Shown here: piece after piece, positions 1 to 9,340 of the stretch
Layout: each line of letters starts with the position of its first letter
Position numbering within the stretch: position 1 is the first letter of the stretch
Virus record (IMG/VR): IMGVR_UViG_3300025919_000136
Coordinates: 24,425-88,424 of that record
Reading direction: 5' to 3' (one strand)
Source of the DNA: a virus
DNA: 64,000 nt
Translations under genes and position numbers: made by a program
The notes under the pieces: model-generated
Database searches by the model: none
Seen by the model: only the letters and a program-made list of their open reading frames with translations
Told to the model about the DNA's origin: nothing

Positions 1-218
1 TTAGGACATTGGGTGCGGATCTCTGACGGTGTCAGCTTCTTGAAGAGATTCTTATGGTCGTCCTCCCGTTCCAAGACGATAGTTGCCCCGCAAGCTGAAC
101 ACCTTCCACTTCGGCCCACCCACCATTTGTTAGGTAGACGAACAGGAGTGGAAGAGTTCAGCTTGCGTTGCCCACTACTTATAGTTGTGGTGGTAGTGTG
201 GGTCGAACTACACGACAT
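1..218 (-). CDS. Zn-ribbon small protein (partial, runs off window edge)
   Basis: Read by hand: MSCSST...WWVGRSGRCSACGATIVLERED...TQCP; resembles ORF 6992-7222. Confidence 0.5.
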   Translation of the reverse strand, partial: MSCSSTHTTTTTISSGQRKLNSSTPVRLPNKWWVGRSGRCSACGATIVLEREDDHKNLFKKLTPSEIRTQCP

Positions 219-510
219 TGTCCGCACCTACCAAAGGCTCGCCGTCCGTGCCGACCGCAACCACATTCTGTTCCTGAAGGATTTGCTGATCCTCTGGAGA
301 GAGCTTGGGTTGCTTGCTGGTCGCCTTGCGCTCCGCAATAGCTTTGGTACAAGTCGGGCACAGATCGATAATCGACTGCAGCTTCCAACCTGCAGCGACG
401 GCTTGCTGCTTCGCTTCAGCTGCCGAGGCAGCCTCGTAGTTAGCAGTGGAGCCCTCGTGCGGGTCGCCATTGGAACACTGGAGCGAGAGAACGAATCGTC
501 CGTTTTTCAT
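208..510 (-). CDS. hypothetical protein with Cys pairs
   Basis: Fits the tightly packed minus-strand operon; C-terminal DLCPTC. Confidence 0.6.
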   Translation of the reverse strand: MKNGRFVLSLQCSNGDPHEGSTANYEAASAAEAKQQAVAAGWKLQSIIDLCPTCTKAIAERKATSKQPKLSPEDQQILQEQNVVAVGTDGEPLVGADNVV

Positions 511-518
511 AATATCAC

Positions 519-680
519 CTACTTCCGTTGCGTTCGATACATATCCGAAGGTTGAGTTGTCTTAGTAAGTTCTTCCAGCGCCTTCGCTATCCTAGTGAGC
601 GGTTCGTGGACGTACATCGCTCCCAGAAAAACGGAGGCCGCAAGAAGAAAGATGGCGGTGGCTACAAGAATGGATTCCAT
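519..680 (-). CDS. small membrane protein (53 aa)
   Basis: Read by hand: MESILVATAIFLLAASVFLGAMYVHEPL...; fills the gap between neighbouring genes. Confidence 0.55.
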   Translation of the reverse strand: MESILVATAIFLLAASVFLGAMYVHEPLTRIAKALEELTKTTQPSDMYRTQRK

Positions 681-692
681 ATCTATTTATAG

Positions 693-1169
693 TTAGAATA
701 CATGAACCGAACAACACATAGCGGCAAGTTCAATTGCATTTTCTGGGGAGGGATCATCGTACCGTTCAGCGGTACTGAGAGCCTCCAGCATGGTTAGTTC
801 GAACCGCTTCTGGTTCGGGTCGTCCTTGCAGGGTACATACGCCGAGTACTCTCCAGCCACCCACTTGCGTGAACCACGGTGGGTGTTAGAGTTCAGTGTT
901 TGCACTGCACCCCTCAATTGGGTGCGAAGGGTTTCCACCAGCGATCGGTGGGCCAAGTACGGTGGTTCCATTGGCGAGCATTCCTTGCACATCGGGCAGC
1001 GCCAAGAACCATCTACGTACTCGTTGGTAGTGATCCAACTTGTATCCATCTGGAACACGCAGTCACACTTGGGGCATTCTTCCTGCCGAATGAGGGCTAC
1101 ATACTCCGTTGGCGGATAGTAGAACTCGTTCAAGTCGGCGTGAGTGTAGACTTTCTTGATTAGGTCCAT
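693..1169 (-). CDS. hypothetical Zn-finger protein
   Basis: CPKC...CPMC; operon context. Confidence 0.6.
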   Translation of the reverse strand: MDLIKKVYTHADLNEFYYPPTEYVALIRQEECPKCDCVFQMDTSWITTNEYVDGSWRCPMCKECSPMEPPYLAHRSLVETLRTQLRGAVQTLNSNTHRGSRKWVAGEYSAYVPCKDDPNQKRFELTMLEALSTAERYDDPSPENAIELAAMCCSVHVF

Positions 1170-1275
1170 GGTTAGTCCACCGTCGCTACCAAATCACTGT
1201 TATCCAAACTACAACGCCTCTGAGTTCGTAATACAACTTGCAGTGCGTGCTCTCCGGGTAGCGCACGGTCGCCAA

Positions 1276-1575
1276 CTATCCATTCTGGTAAATCTGAATG
1301 TTGATGAAGTCGCGACTGACACCCTCACGCTCCAGTTCGTTGCCGGGATTGGCGTGACCCGACATCGAAACGCTGTAGGAATGGTCTCCTCCGCCCAAGG
1401 CGGTGCTCCTAAGAATCTCATAAACGGCACGCTTGGCACTCGCCGCCGCTGCGTCGCGCTCAGTCGGGCAGTCCGTGTTGCCCAACACTTCGGCGTCCAT
1501 AATGGTCGCCTCTAGTGCCTCGACAGGAACCGTCCCTTTCGGGATTGTTACGCTTGCACTCCAACTCATAAACAC
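1276..1575 (-). CDS. hypothetical protein
   Basis: GGAGG upstream; operon context. Confidence 0.6.
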   Translation of the reverse strand: MFMSWSASVTIPKGTVPVEALEATIMDAEVLGNTDCPTERDAAAASAKRAVYEILRSTALGGGDHSYSVSMSGHANPGNELEREGVSRDFINIQIYQNG

Positions 1576-1580
1576 CTCCG

Positions 1581-1784
1581 TTACAACCTTCTCAACCTCT
1601 CTCGCAACACACCCTCAACCGCCGCCACGCTCAGTTCCTCGCGCTCCGCGATGTCAAAGATGGTATCACCCGACAGAAACCGCTCAACGACTCTGCGATT
1701 GACTGAAGGCGCTACGCGTGTCAGTTGCGATAAGTCCCAGTCCGACTCGTCCATCTCGTGAGTGAGCCAGTCACCTGCGGTCAT
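1581..1784 (-). CDS. small helix-turn-helix protein
   Basis: VVERFLSGDTIFDIAEREELSVAAVEGVLR is an HTH pattern; likely start MTAGDW. Confidence 0.5.
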   Translation of the reverse strand: MTAGDWLTHEMDESDWDLSQLTRVAPSVNRRVVERFLSGDTIFDIAEREELSVAAVEGVLRERLRRL

Positions 1785-2013
1785 ATTGCGCTCCGTGCAT
1801 TGCGCCAGACACCACCAGATAGGGCGAGTTGCGGTGACTTTCCTCAATCCACTGAGCCGATGCCGCCCCCATCTCAATCAGCGCGGCCTGAATTGCCTCC
1901 CGCGCGGCTTTCTCGTGCTCCTGCGGTAGCCCCAACTCAATCATTTTTTCCAATAGGATTTTTGTCCGTTCTGTGTAATCCATTGCAGTCATCTCCATAT
2001 GGTTTTGCAGCAA
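1771..2013 (-). CDS. hypothetical protein
   Basis: Operon context. Confidence 0.5.
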   Translation of the reverse strand: MLQNHMEMTAMDYTERTKILLEKMIELGLPQEHEKAAREAIQAALIEMGAASAQWIEESHRNSPYLVVSGAMHGAQYDRR

Positions 2014-2031
2014 CCATACTGCGTGTTCGTC

Positions 2032-2241
2032 TTACCGTGCTCCCCAAACCTCGTCCACACGCTCGACACAGGCGTCTGTCACCTGTACCCAACGATGCCC
2101 ATACAGCCAGCCGCCCACCTTGGCCCAACGTCCACCACGATTTCGGCGATACCACCGCAACTGCGACGGCTCAATACCAAACAGCGGACCTATTAGCTGT
2201 ATAATAAGGTACACTAAGATAACGTTTATGATAAACTTCAT
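2032..2241 (-). CDS. small membrane protein, paralog of 8589-8789
   Basis: N-terminal TM helix plus WYRRxRxGRWAK...RWVxVTDxCxERxDE. Confidence 0.65.
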   Translation of the reverse strand: MKFIINVILVYLIIQLIGPLFGIEPSQLRWYRRNRGGRWAKVGGWLYGHRWVQVTDACVERVDEVWGAR

Positions 2242-2247
2242 TTAGTG

Positions 2248-3648
2248 TTAGTCTACCGTCGCTACCAAATCTCCGTCCAACTCTGGGAACACATGCTCCC
2301 GCGTCGTCAGGTTAACAGGGTCCTTGTAGGCGCAGAGGCGAAGGTATTCGCAGGGACGGTTCCACATCTGGCAGGCGCCTGAGTTGCGGTAGGTGCCTTC
2401 GTTGGAATTGGCCCAACGATATAGGTGGGCCATCATACGGGTGAGGTCGCGAGCGGCCCATTCGTCCAGTTCATCAGGCGTGATGGATACGTTATAGCGA
2501 ACGAAGTATTCTTCTGGACGAGACTGGACGTCCGCCGTGATGCGGTCGCAGAAATCGTCGAGGGACTCCTTCACCTTCTGACGAAGCATGGGGCGCTTCA
2601 CGATGTTATACAGCACTCCACGCGGAGTCTCGCCGTAGGTTTGTTTCATCGCCCACAGATACAGCATGACTTGCAGTTCGAAGTTCAGCCGGTCGGACAG
2701 GGACTGCTCATCAATGTAAGATTTCGTCTTGGTCTCGAAGAGCCACAAGTGGCCTGTAGGGGCCTCGGTGGTGGGGGCGGAGCGGAATACCCCGTCATAC
2801 TTGCCACGAACGGGGAAGGTAACTAGGTTCTGTGGCCCGTTGAACGGATAGGTGAAGTTTACGTCACCAGGACCAATTTTATATGTATAGGAAACACGGA
2901 AGGTCCGCTCCAGATCTACCCAGTTCAATTCGCGGAAGTCCGTCTCCCAATGGCGGAAGTACATCCGTAGCATAACCTTCGCCAAGGAACAGTTTACCTC
3001 GAGGGCGATGAGTTCCGTGGGCGAAGCCGTCCCCTGCAGGAGGGCTTCACGGTCCGTCTGGTAGATCTGAATGATGGCATCTTCCACGAACGAGTCCATG
3101 TTGGTGATGAAGAACTCCGGAACGTATTCCGTTTGGGTGTCGTTGGCTTCCGCCTTCGCCAATCCGTAGACGTTATCTAGGGCGCGGTGGAATACATCGC
3201 CGAAGGCTAAGGCTCCGGACTTGCTTGGGCTGGATAGGCCCTGCTTCATTTTGATTGCCGCTTTTTCTGGGCAGAGTGCCACAAGGGCAAGTAGTCCTTG
3301 CGTCACACCATCGCGGGTTAGTTGCCAGAAGTCGGTGGGCGGTTGGGTGGAGGTTATCGGTAATGTAGTAAGGAACGTCTTCGATCCGTCGGAGGCGTAG
3401 TATTGCGAGCCGAGAGCCACTTTGTCTAGTATTTCGAGTTCTTCGCGCTGATCATCAACTCCGAAGAACTCCGCTTGGCTAGCCACCACTATAGGGTCCG
3501 GCGTGCCAACCGTCGCAGCCACGAGGTCCATGGCTTCCTTAGCGGAGAGACCGTCCAGGTTGGGCTGTCCGGTTGGTTGGGTCGAGCGGACTTTAACTTT
3601 AGCCACGATTCTCGCCTGCCTTTGTAAACTGTGCTCTGAATTCTTCAA
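2248..3648 (-). CDS. PD-(D/E)XK nuclease, AddB/Cas4-like exonuclease
   Basis: GDVFH, RGKYDG...FETKT, QVMLY, and a C-terminal Cx6Cx5C plus an N-terminal LCP (Fe-S staple pattern). Confidence 0.85.
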   Translation of the reverse strand: MKNSEHSLQRQARIVAKVKVRSTQPTGQPNLDGLSAKEAMDLVAATVGTPDPIVVASQAEFFGVDDQREELEILDKVALGSQYYASDGSKTFLTTLPITSTQPPTDFWQLTRDGVTQGLLALVALCPEKAAIKMKQGLSSPSKSGALAFGDVFHRALDNVYGLAKAEANDTQTEYVPEFFITNMDSFVEDAIIQIYQTDREALLQGTASPTELIALEVNCSLAKVMLRMYFRHWETDFRELNWVDLERTFRVSYTYKIGPGDVNFTYPFNGPQNLVTFPVRGKYDGVFRSAPTTEAPTGHLWLFETKTKSYIDEQSLSDRLNFELQVMLYLWAMKQTYGETPRGVLYNIVKRPMLRQKVKESLDDFCDRITADVQSRPEEYFVRYNVSITPDELDEWAARDLTRMMAHLYRWANSNEGTYRNSGACQMWNRPCEYLRLCAYKDPVNLTTREHVFPELDGDLVATVD

Positions 3649-3866
3649 GGTCAGCTAGCTCCAAACCTAACGAATTACCAATTCCTTGCCACTTCTCGGA
3701 TATTCGCTTAACCGTCGCTGGAGATTGTTTAAGCCCACGGACGTAGGCATAATCTATTACGGAGTAGATGCCGAACTCTGGTATTGCTAACTGCAACCCA
3801 ACACGATAGTCGGTGTCGTCGTGCTCGACATACTGAATAATCCGCAATTCTCTATCTACGTTATTG

Positions 3867-4199
3867 TCAGTTGCCATTAGATTGATTATTCACCAGCTGT
3901 TCAATACGTACGTTACCTTCGTCGGTGAGTGGATTCCACCACAGGACCATACCAGGGTCTTCTCCATTCAGGAACTGCAACACGTCTTCAATGGCGCGTT
4001 CGTACCCATTATCGAAGCCTTGCTTCATACAAGTACCAGGGTGTCCGCTATTATAGTGCTTCGAGGTCACTAATTGTACTTCGATCAGCACTTCTCGCAG
4101 CTTTACCTTTAACTCCGTAACCTTCGTTGTAGGCGGGGGCGGAGTAGGCGGTGGTTTCGGTGGGTATACGCCTCCGGGCGGCGGGTTGTATATCTTCAT
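3867..4199 (-). CDS. hypothetical protein, Pro-rich N-terminus
   Basis: Start overlaps the upstream stop (ATGA). Confidence 0.55.
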   Translation of the reverse strand: MKIYNPPPGGVYPPKPPPTPPPPTTKVTELKVKLREVLIEVQLVTSKHYNSGHPGTCMKQGFDNGYERAIEDVLQFLNGEDPGMVLWWNPLTDEGNVRIEQLVNNQSNGN

Positions 4200-4414
4200 T
4201 CGGAGGTAATTCGCTTCCTGGAAACCACTTTATATTGATCGGGGCGGAGCACCATACGGTAGCCTTTCATCACGACTTCTACTGAACCGTTCGCTAGAAG
4301 CTGCTTAACCTGGTACTCCGACCCCTTCCAGAAAAGCTGCTCGTTCCGGCGAACATTGCAGCGGAGTTGGATACGAGTTGGAACCCTACGAAGTATGGGG
4401 ACTGGTTGTGCCAT
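4196..4414 (-). CDS. small SH3-like hypothetical protein, probably leaderless
   Basis: ATG lies about 6 nt downstream of the -10 box at 4420-4425. Confidence 0.55.
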   Translation of the reverse strand: MAQPVPILRRVPTRIQLRCNVRRNEQLFWKGSEYQVKQLLANGSVEVVMKGYRMVLRPDQYKVVSRKRITSE

Positions 4415-4419
4415 TCTAA

Positions 4420-4448
4420 ATTATCCCTCTTTCAGCGGCCTTTGAGGG
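4420..4448 (-). promoter_or_regulatory. phage-type promoter CCCTCA-N17-GATAAT
   Basis: Matches the 15-member promoter family. Confidence 0.6.
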
Positions 4449-4465
4449 GCCTTTCAGAAAATAGA

Positions 4466-4762
4466 TTATGAGTTATTTTGATACTTGTTGGCGTGGTGCG
4501 GCGTATGTAGAAACTTTCTACGCAAGCGAGCCGTAGCGTCCGCTTGATAGCGGGCGCGTTGCGCCTCAGGCACCACGTTCGCCAACGCCTCGGTGGATTG
4601 CTTGGGTTGATCCAGCTGCCAAGCTGCAATTACCATCGCCACGGCTTGATCTTGGGTGTAGCGAAGCGTACGTAAGCAGTTCAGTATGGATTGTATGTCC
4701 TCCGCCGTATAAAGCGGTGCGGTGTGGCGGGCCAGTTTAATCGCCGTTCGTGAGAGGTTCAT
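4466..4762 (-). CDS. hypothetical protein
   Basis: Operon context. Confidence 0.5.
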   Translation of the reverse strand: MNLSRTAIKLARHTAPLYTAEDIQSILNCLRTLRYTQDQAVAMVIAAWQLDQPKQSTEALANVVPEAQRARYQADATARLRRKFLHTPHHANKYQNNS

Positions 4763-5330
4763 GGTTAATTGGTGGAGTTGTAGAAGAGAGATCTTCGGTT
4801 AGCTTGTCGCCGGGGATAGGTTCGTAGCGGATGGGGTCTTGGTCTAGGAACTTACTGGTGAAGCTACCGATGATTGGGTCTGGTATCCGAACGGGTTGAA
4901 CTTTGTACTTCGGATATCGAACCTTCACTCCTGTTTGCAAGTTCCACGTTTCAAAGTACTCTCTATACTCCAGCACCACGTGCACGTTATCCAGCCACGG
5001 ACACAGCACCACTTCGATCGGGCGAAGGTAACTGGTGGGTTTGGACGGAGCGGTTCGTTCCTCAAGCATCGAGAGAAGATGGTGGTTCAACCGTACGGAG
5101 AGCGGGATGGTGTCGGCTATATGGCGGAGTTCCTCCATCCTCGTGTGCAAGTCGGCGAAGGTTATATGCGGAGTTGGTGCGGCGGAAGCCGTGGTAGCAT
5201 TTAGGGCGAACAGACCGGATGGCGAATCGGTGGTAGGACGGATACCAACGAATTCGGCAAACTCCGCCGGTACGACTGGCTTAGGTGGTGTAGTTGGTGT
5301 AGTTAGTTCAGAGTTCATTGTTTGTAGCAA
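4737..5330 (-). CDS. hypothetical protein
   Basis: Operon context. Confidence 0.55.
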   Translation of the reverse strand: MLQTMNSELTTPTTPPKPVVPAEFAEFVGIRPTTDSPSGLFALNATTASAAPTPHITFADLHTRMEELRHIADTIPLSVRLNHHLLSMLEERTAPSKPTSYLRPIEVVLCPWLDNVHVVLEYREYFETWNLQTGVKVRYPKYKVQPVRIPDPIIGSFTSKFLDQDPIRYEPIPGDKLTEDLSSTTPPINHEPLTNGD

Positions 5331-5613
5331 ACCTTTCCATTCGTTCTATCTCTTCCATCGTCTGCGCGATGGGACCGGAGAAACCCAGGTATTGGTCCGG
5401 GGCTGCAGGTGACACCCATACAGTAATGCCAGCCTGAGCAAGATCTATCAAAGTTTCGCGCCACTGATCTGGGCAGGATACCCATGCATTCAACGACACT
5501 ACAATCATACCTTCCGGTGGCGGGTCGCTGGGGCGGACGGGTATGAGTTGCCTCAGCTTGCCCATCGTGAGCAGGCCGATTTCGCGGGTGTGGTTCGGGT
5601 CGAAGAAGGGCAT
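5308..5613 (-). CDS. hypothetical protein
   Basis: Operon context. Confidence 0.55.
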   Translation of the reverse strand: MPFFDPNHTREIGLLTMGKLRQLIPVRPSDPPPEGMIVVSLNAWVSCPDQWRETLIDLAQAGITVWVSPAAPDQYLGFSGPIAQTMEEIERMERFATNNEL

Positions 5614-5616
5614 TGG

Positions 5617-6264
5617 TTACTGAGAACCTTTCGGTAGTGCAGCTGGCGGCATTGGCCCTGGAGCCATCGCTTCGCGGAGGTCTTCCACGTATTGCGCCTT
5701 GGCTGCTTCAAGGTCCAGTTGGCGGACCACCCACGACGGATGCCGCACGGCACGCAGGCGGAAAGTATGGCCGGACAGCTTGGCAATATGCGGAGCATAG
5801 TCCAGCGGAACTTTGCCAGTTACGATGATTATCTTCGGTTGGAGCAGGCGCACGAGTTCGGTTAGGCGCGGTGCGCATGCCTCGATTTCGTTATGGTCTG
5901 GGGCGCGGTTCGCTGGATGACTAGGGCGGAGCGCCCACGGACGGCAAGCCAGCAGATTCGTCAGGGTATACGGGGACGTATTCCCTGTAGCCGCAATGCA
6001 CTCCCGCAACAGCTGCCCTGCCGGGCCTACGAAGGGCCGTCCAAGGACGTTCTCCCCCACTCCAGGCCCCTCGCCGATGAACATGAATGGTGGGCGTAGA
6101 TTGGCGTAGAACGGTGTAGCATTGGTGGCTGGGTCGGGGGGCACCACAATTTCGAACAGTACATGATGCTTCGCGGAGGCTCCCAACGGGCATCGTTGGC
6201 AGGTAGACCACTCCTGGACGAGTGGTTCGAGGATAGGCAGGGAGCAAATGGAGGTGTCTGGCAT
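5617..6264 (-). CDS. udg: uracil-DNA glycosylase family 4 (Fe-S)
   Basis: CQRCPL, IGEGPG, PFVGPAG, TNLLACRP and HPS motifs. Confidence 0.9.
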   Translation of the reverse strand: MPDTSICSLPILEPLVQEWSTCQRCPLGASAKHHVLFEIVVPPDPATNATPFYANLRPPFMFIGEGPGVGENVLGRPFVGPAGQLLRECIAATGNTSPYTLTNLLACRPWALRPSHPANRAPDHNEIEACAPRLTELVRLLQPKIIIVTGKVPLDYAPHIAKLSGHTFRLRAVRHPSWVVRQLDLEAAKAQYVEDLREAMAPGPMPPAALPKGSQ

Positions 6265-6272
6265 TAGATGAT

Positions 6273-6488
6273 TTATGGTTCCTTTGATCTATGGTGAATA
6301 ATTCCACTTTTAGTAATGTAGGATGCAAATAGTGGATTTGGACTGACAGGAGTACGTCTCACACCCTCCATTGTCTGTGCTGCTTTGACAGCTTTGTTAC
6401 TCAGTAACCTCATACAGTATGGGCACATCGTCGGATTGGATACAACCGGTTCGAACTCCTTGCTGCACGATGGATGAGGACATGTCAT
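6273..6488 (-). CDS. small Zn-finger protein
   Basis: CPHPSC...CPYC. Confidence 0.55.
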   Translation of the reverse strand: MTCPHPSCSKEFEPVVSNPTMCPYCMRLLSNKAVKAAQTMEGVRRTPVSPNPLFASYITKSGIIHHRSKEP

Positions 6489-6808
6489 TAGATTGGTTCG
6501 TAGGACTGGGCGAATTCGTCTGGAGTTAGGACTCCAAAATGCCTACCTTCTACATGTTGAACTACCCAGTAGTCCGGTGGGATTTCTAGTGTGTCGGTTC
6601 CCAGCTGAATCACGAACATACCATTGTCGTGTGCGAACACCGCGCCGAAAGTCTCCGGAGCACGATAGAACCGATCGCGGAACCACGTTGGCCATTCCAA
6701 GTGAGCGTTCGCTTCGTACTTCATCTGGAAGGCTTCAACTTCGATTGGGCGATGGCGGTACTTATTCACCATTAGCTGGATCCTCTCCTCGATGATAGTT
6801 GTCGGCAA
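6488..6808 (-). CDS. conserved phage protein (KYRxxPxxVEAxQ type)
   Basis: KYRHRPIEVEAFQ...PDEFAQSYE, a common phage family pattern. Confidence 0.7.
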   Translation of the reverse strand: MPTTIIEERIQLMVNKYRHRPIEVEAFQMKYEANAHLEWPTWFRDRFYRAPETFGAVFAHDNGMFVIQLGTDTLEIPPDYWVVQHVEGRHFGVLTPDEFAQSYEPI

Positions 6809-6991
6809 GCAACTGACGACGCAGAAACCCAGCGGCTCCCTCTAGGTACCTGACCCTCGGATACCCTACCACGAACTCCGGCAGCCCAAGCGCCGCACAG
6901 CATCGTTCCTCCGCGAAGTGCTGCAAGCGGAGGAGCTCCTCCAGCGAAGGGGCATCCGGATTTAGTGGGATGAACTGGATTTGGATAGACA

Positions 6992-7222
6992 TTAGGATTG
7001 CTTCGGTAATTGTAGCGGAACATTTGCCTCGCACCCTGGCGTCGGGCAGCCAATGTACCGCTTCAGGACCTTGTCGTGGTGGTCCTTCACTTCCACTACG
7101 CGCTGCGTATCGGTGGGTTCGATTTCGAACTGTGTGCCGCACTGGGGACAGGTACCAGTTGCGCCCACCAGGGGCGATACGGATTTATGCTGGGAGATCT
7201 TGCCTGGCTTGGTGATTTTCAT
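6992..7222 (-). CDS. Zn-ribbon small protein
   Basis: CPQC...CPTPGC. Confidence 0.6.
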   Translation of the reverse strand: MKITKPGKISQHKSVSPLVGATGTCPQCGTQFEIEPTDTQRVVEVKDHHDKVLKRYIGCPTPGCEANVPLQLPKQS

Positions 7223-7279
7223 TTGATTTGGCCTTCCTCTGGGAGAGATGTCTCCGCGAATAGTAAATACGAACAGTGG

Positions 7280-7483
7280 TCAGTTAACTACAATAATCGT
7301 CTTCTGCAGAACGGGTGTTGGCTTGCCGTTGGCTCCCCTGATGGCGAAGTAGCGGCCTTTGCCGGTGTAGTAAATGGAGAGTTGACCTTCGACTTCGACG
7401 GACTGCTTGCCGAAGAAGGGTACCGTCTTGGCGCGAATGGTGGTCTTTTGGTTGACGAGTTCTTCGAGTTGGTTCGTGGTCAT
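7280..7483 (-). CDS. hypothetical protein
   Basis: Operon context, ATGA overlap. Confidence 0.55.
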   Translation of the reverse strand: MTTNQLEELVNQKTTIRAKTVPFFGKQSVEVEGQLSIYYTGKGRYFAIRGANGKPTPVLQKTIIVVN

Positions 7484-8016
7484 GGGTTGGGCTTAGGCTT
7501 GGTCTGATCAAGTAGCGTAGCTACCTGTCCTAGTCGACGGGAGTTCCGCTCCAAGTCCTCGGTGATCTCGTGGATTGGGCGGAGTCCTATGTAGGTAGTA
7601 AGTGCGTCCTGGGTTTGCTGGGAGTTGATCACCATCCAGTAGTTGGGGCGGGTGATGGCGTCCAGCCCGGATAGTTTCTTCTTGAGTTCCGCGAAGGCTT
7701 CGAAGTAGTCGGTGAGTTCGGCGCGGAGTTGCTGAAGCTTATCGTGCAGAGACTCCTGCTCCGCTAGGAGTAGCGCCCGCTGGAGTATGGTGAGCGATTG
7801 TGGTTCGGTATTATCCGGATTGGTAATCGTGCTCTGCAGCCATTCGTGCATTGCGGAGTCGTAAGCGAGTTGAGCAGTTTCGTCTGCCTGGTAGTACTCC
7901 TGACAGGCTCCGGGCTGGTCCTGGAACTCCAACATGCACGACTGTAGGCGTTGCGCGGCTACGATGCGGCGTTGGTTGAGTTCGAGCAGGTCGTCGGGTA
8001 GTTTGGAGGTAGACAT
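7480..8016 (-). CDS. coiled-coil hypothetical protein
   Basis: Likely start MSTSKLP; helical. Confidence 0.55.
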   Translation of the reverse strand: MSTSKLPDDLLELNQRRIVAAQRLQSCMLEFQDQPGACQEYYQADETAQLAYDSAMHEWLQSTITNPDNTEPQSLTILQRALLLAEQESLHDKLQQLRAELTDYFEAFAELKKKLSGLDAITRPNYWMVINSQQTQDALTTYIGLRPIHEITEDLERNSRRLGQVATLLDQTKPKPNP

Positions 8017-8020
8017 AATG

Positions 8021-8602
8021 TTAGTACTTCTTGCCACCTTCCTTGGCGCGAACGTGTGGCTTATGATCCTCGCGGACGGAGTTGTAGGCCAACTTCTCCG
8101 CCATGATCTCCGGCAACTCCGGAGCATATTCGCCCGCTAGGTCGTAGATGCGAATGAGAGTATCCGCAAGTTCGCAAGCGAACATGGAGCGGTGGGGCAA
8201 CTTGTCGTCGGGTAGACCCTTGCGGTGGCCTTCCATGGCCTCGGCGAGTTCGCTGACGGCAAGCATGAGCAGTTCGCCAATGTTGCGCTGAACGTATTCG
8301 CCAGTATGTGGGTCGTTCCACCAGCCGCAAGCGACGGCGTTGCCGTGGCATTGGGCGACTAGGATTTGGGTGGCACCAGAGATCGCGACTGGATCCAGAG
8401 CGAAGGTTCCAGTAGAGGGATACGGCGCGGCTTCGAAGCGGTCGGTTTGGTAGAGCGGTTGCGGGGTGTTCGGATGATCTGCTGGTGCGGACGGGTCGTT
8501 CAACGGAAGTCGGTGGATTTCTGGTTGGTTGGGCATCTCGGTTCCTTTTAAGTATTGTTCGCCTAAGTACTCTAAATATGGCGAAGGTTCAGTATTGCTC
8601 AT
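8021..8602 (-). CDS. MazG-like nucleotide pyrophosphohydrolase
   Basis: SELAEAMEGHRK...ELADTLIRIYDL...EKLAYN. Confidence 0.85.
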   Translation of the reverse strand: MSNTEPSPYLEYLGEQYLKGTEMPNQPEIHRLPLNDPSAPADHPNTPQPLYQTDRFEAAPYPSTGTFALDPVAISGATQILVAQCHGNAVACGWWNDPHTGEYVQRNIGELLMLAVSELAEAMEGHRKGLPDDKLPHRSMFACELADTLIRIYDLAGEYAPELPEIMAEKLAYNSVREDHKPHVRAKEGGKKY

Positions 8603-8789
8603 CTATTCGCTCCCGACACTGGTCGGTTACTCGGACCCAACGGTAGCCTGCAATACGACCTTGCAACTTGGCCCAACGACCCCGCCTACGTCGGCGGTAC
8701 CACTGGAACATCGATAGTTCCAAGCCTACGGACCAAGCGGTGGCGTATAGCAGAGCTATAGTAAATAGAATGCTGGCGATTGTGTTCAT
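8589..8789 (-). CDS. small membrane protein, paralog of 2032-2241
   Basis: TM helix plus WYRRRRRGRWAK. Confidence 0.65.
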   Translation of the reverse strand: MNTIASILFTIALLYATAWSVGLELSMFQWYRRRRRGRWAKLQGRIAGYRWVRVTDQCRERIDEQY

Positions 8790-9340
8790 TAATAGTATAC
8801 TCCTGGCTGTGGTTCTGGAGTGAGTTCGAAGGTGATCGGGATCTCGGTACTATGGCTATATGGTGCTCCGTAAGCCAGTTTGTATGATGTTTGATCGCTG
8901 TCCAGATGATACGGCGGTAGCAGCGTGTATGTAGGTAATTGGGCTTGGAGCGCCATATTGGTCTCTTCGGTCAGGCCAACAGAATTCTCCCAGCCGTCCA
9001 GTTGCAGTATGAAGAGCGCATTGCAACGGGCAAGCATACGTACATCGAAGGTTCGCCAGTAGTTCCAGCCGCGCCGCTTGCGTTCGGCTTGAACGGAGTC
9101 GGGCGGAGTGGTGGTTTCGATTAGCTTCGCCAGAGGATGGTTATGTACGATAGGGCTGTATACTACGTAGCCCTGCTCCATCAGGTAAGCGGTGGCGTGG
9201 AGGGCCGCTTCGAAGCGTTGCTCCATGATGTGGCCGAAGGGGTGGTTGTATGGGCTGGCAAGGTAGATCACGCCACGGTTGCCGATGTAGCGGAGGGCCT
9301 GAATGGATTGTTCTCGGGAGTACTCCGTAGTAGTATTCAT
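8789..9340 (-). CDS. DUF1937 / nucleoside 2-deoxyribosyltransferase-like protein
   Basis: IYLASPY...VYSPIVHNH...GWENSVG..EE. Confidence 0.8.
   Translation of the reverse strand: MNTTTEYSREQSIQALRYIGNRGVIYLASPYNHPFGHIMEQRFEAALHATAYLMEQGYVVYSPIVHNHPLAKLIETTTPPDSVQAERKRRGWNYWRTFDVRMLARCNALFILQLDGWENSVGLTEETNMALQAQLPTYTLLPPYHLDSDQTSYKLAYGAPYSHSTEIPITFELTPEPQPGVYY

Noticed and set aside
2248-3648. Cas4 as evidence for a CRISPR-Cas system
   Set aside because: Stand-alone Cas4/AddB-like nucleases are common phage recombination genes; no cas1, cas2 or array is present
285-5490. Partial motif matches (about 288, 615, 740, 3257, 5467; also 12571, 33692, 50576, 51910, 57785, 63754)
   Set aside because: They have the CCAGA core but lack a good GCGGAG or GGCC end, so they were not counted among the clear copies
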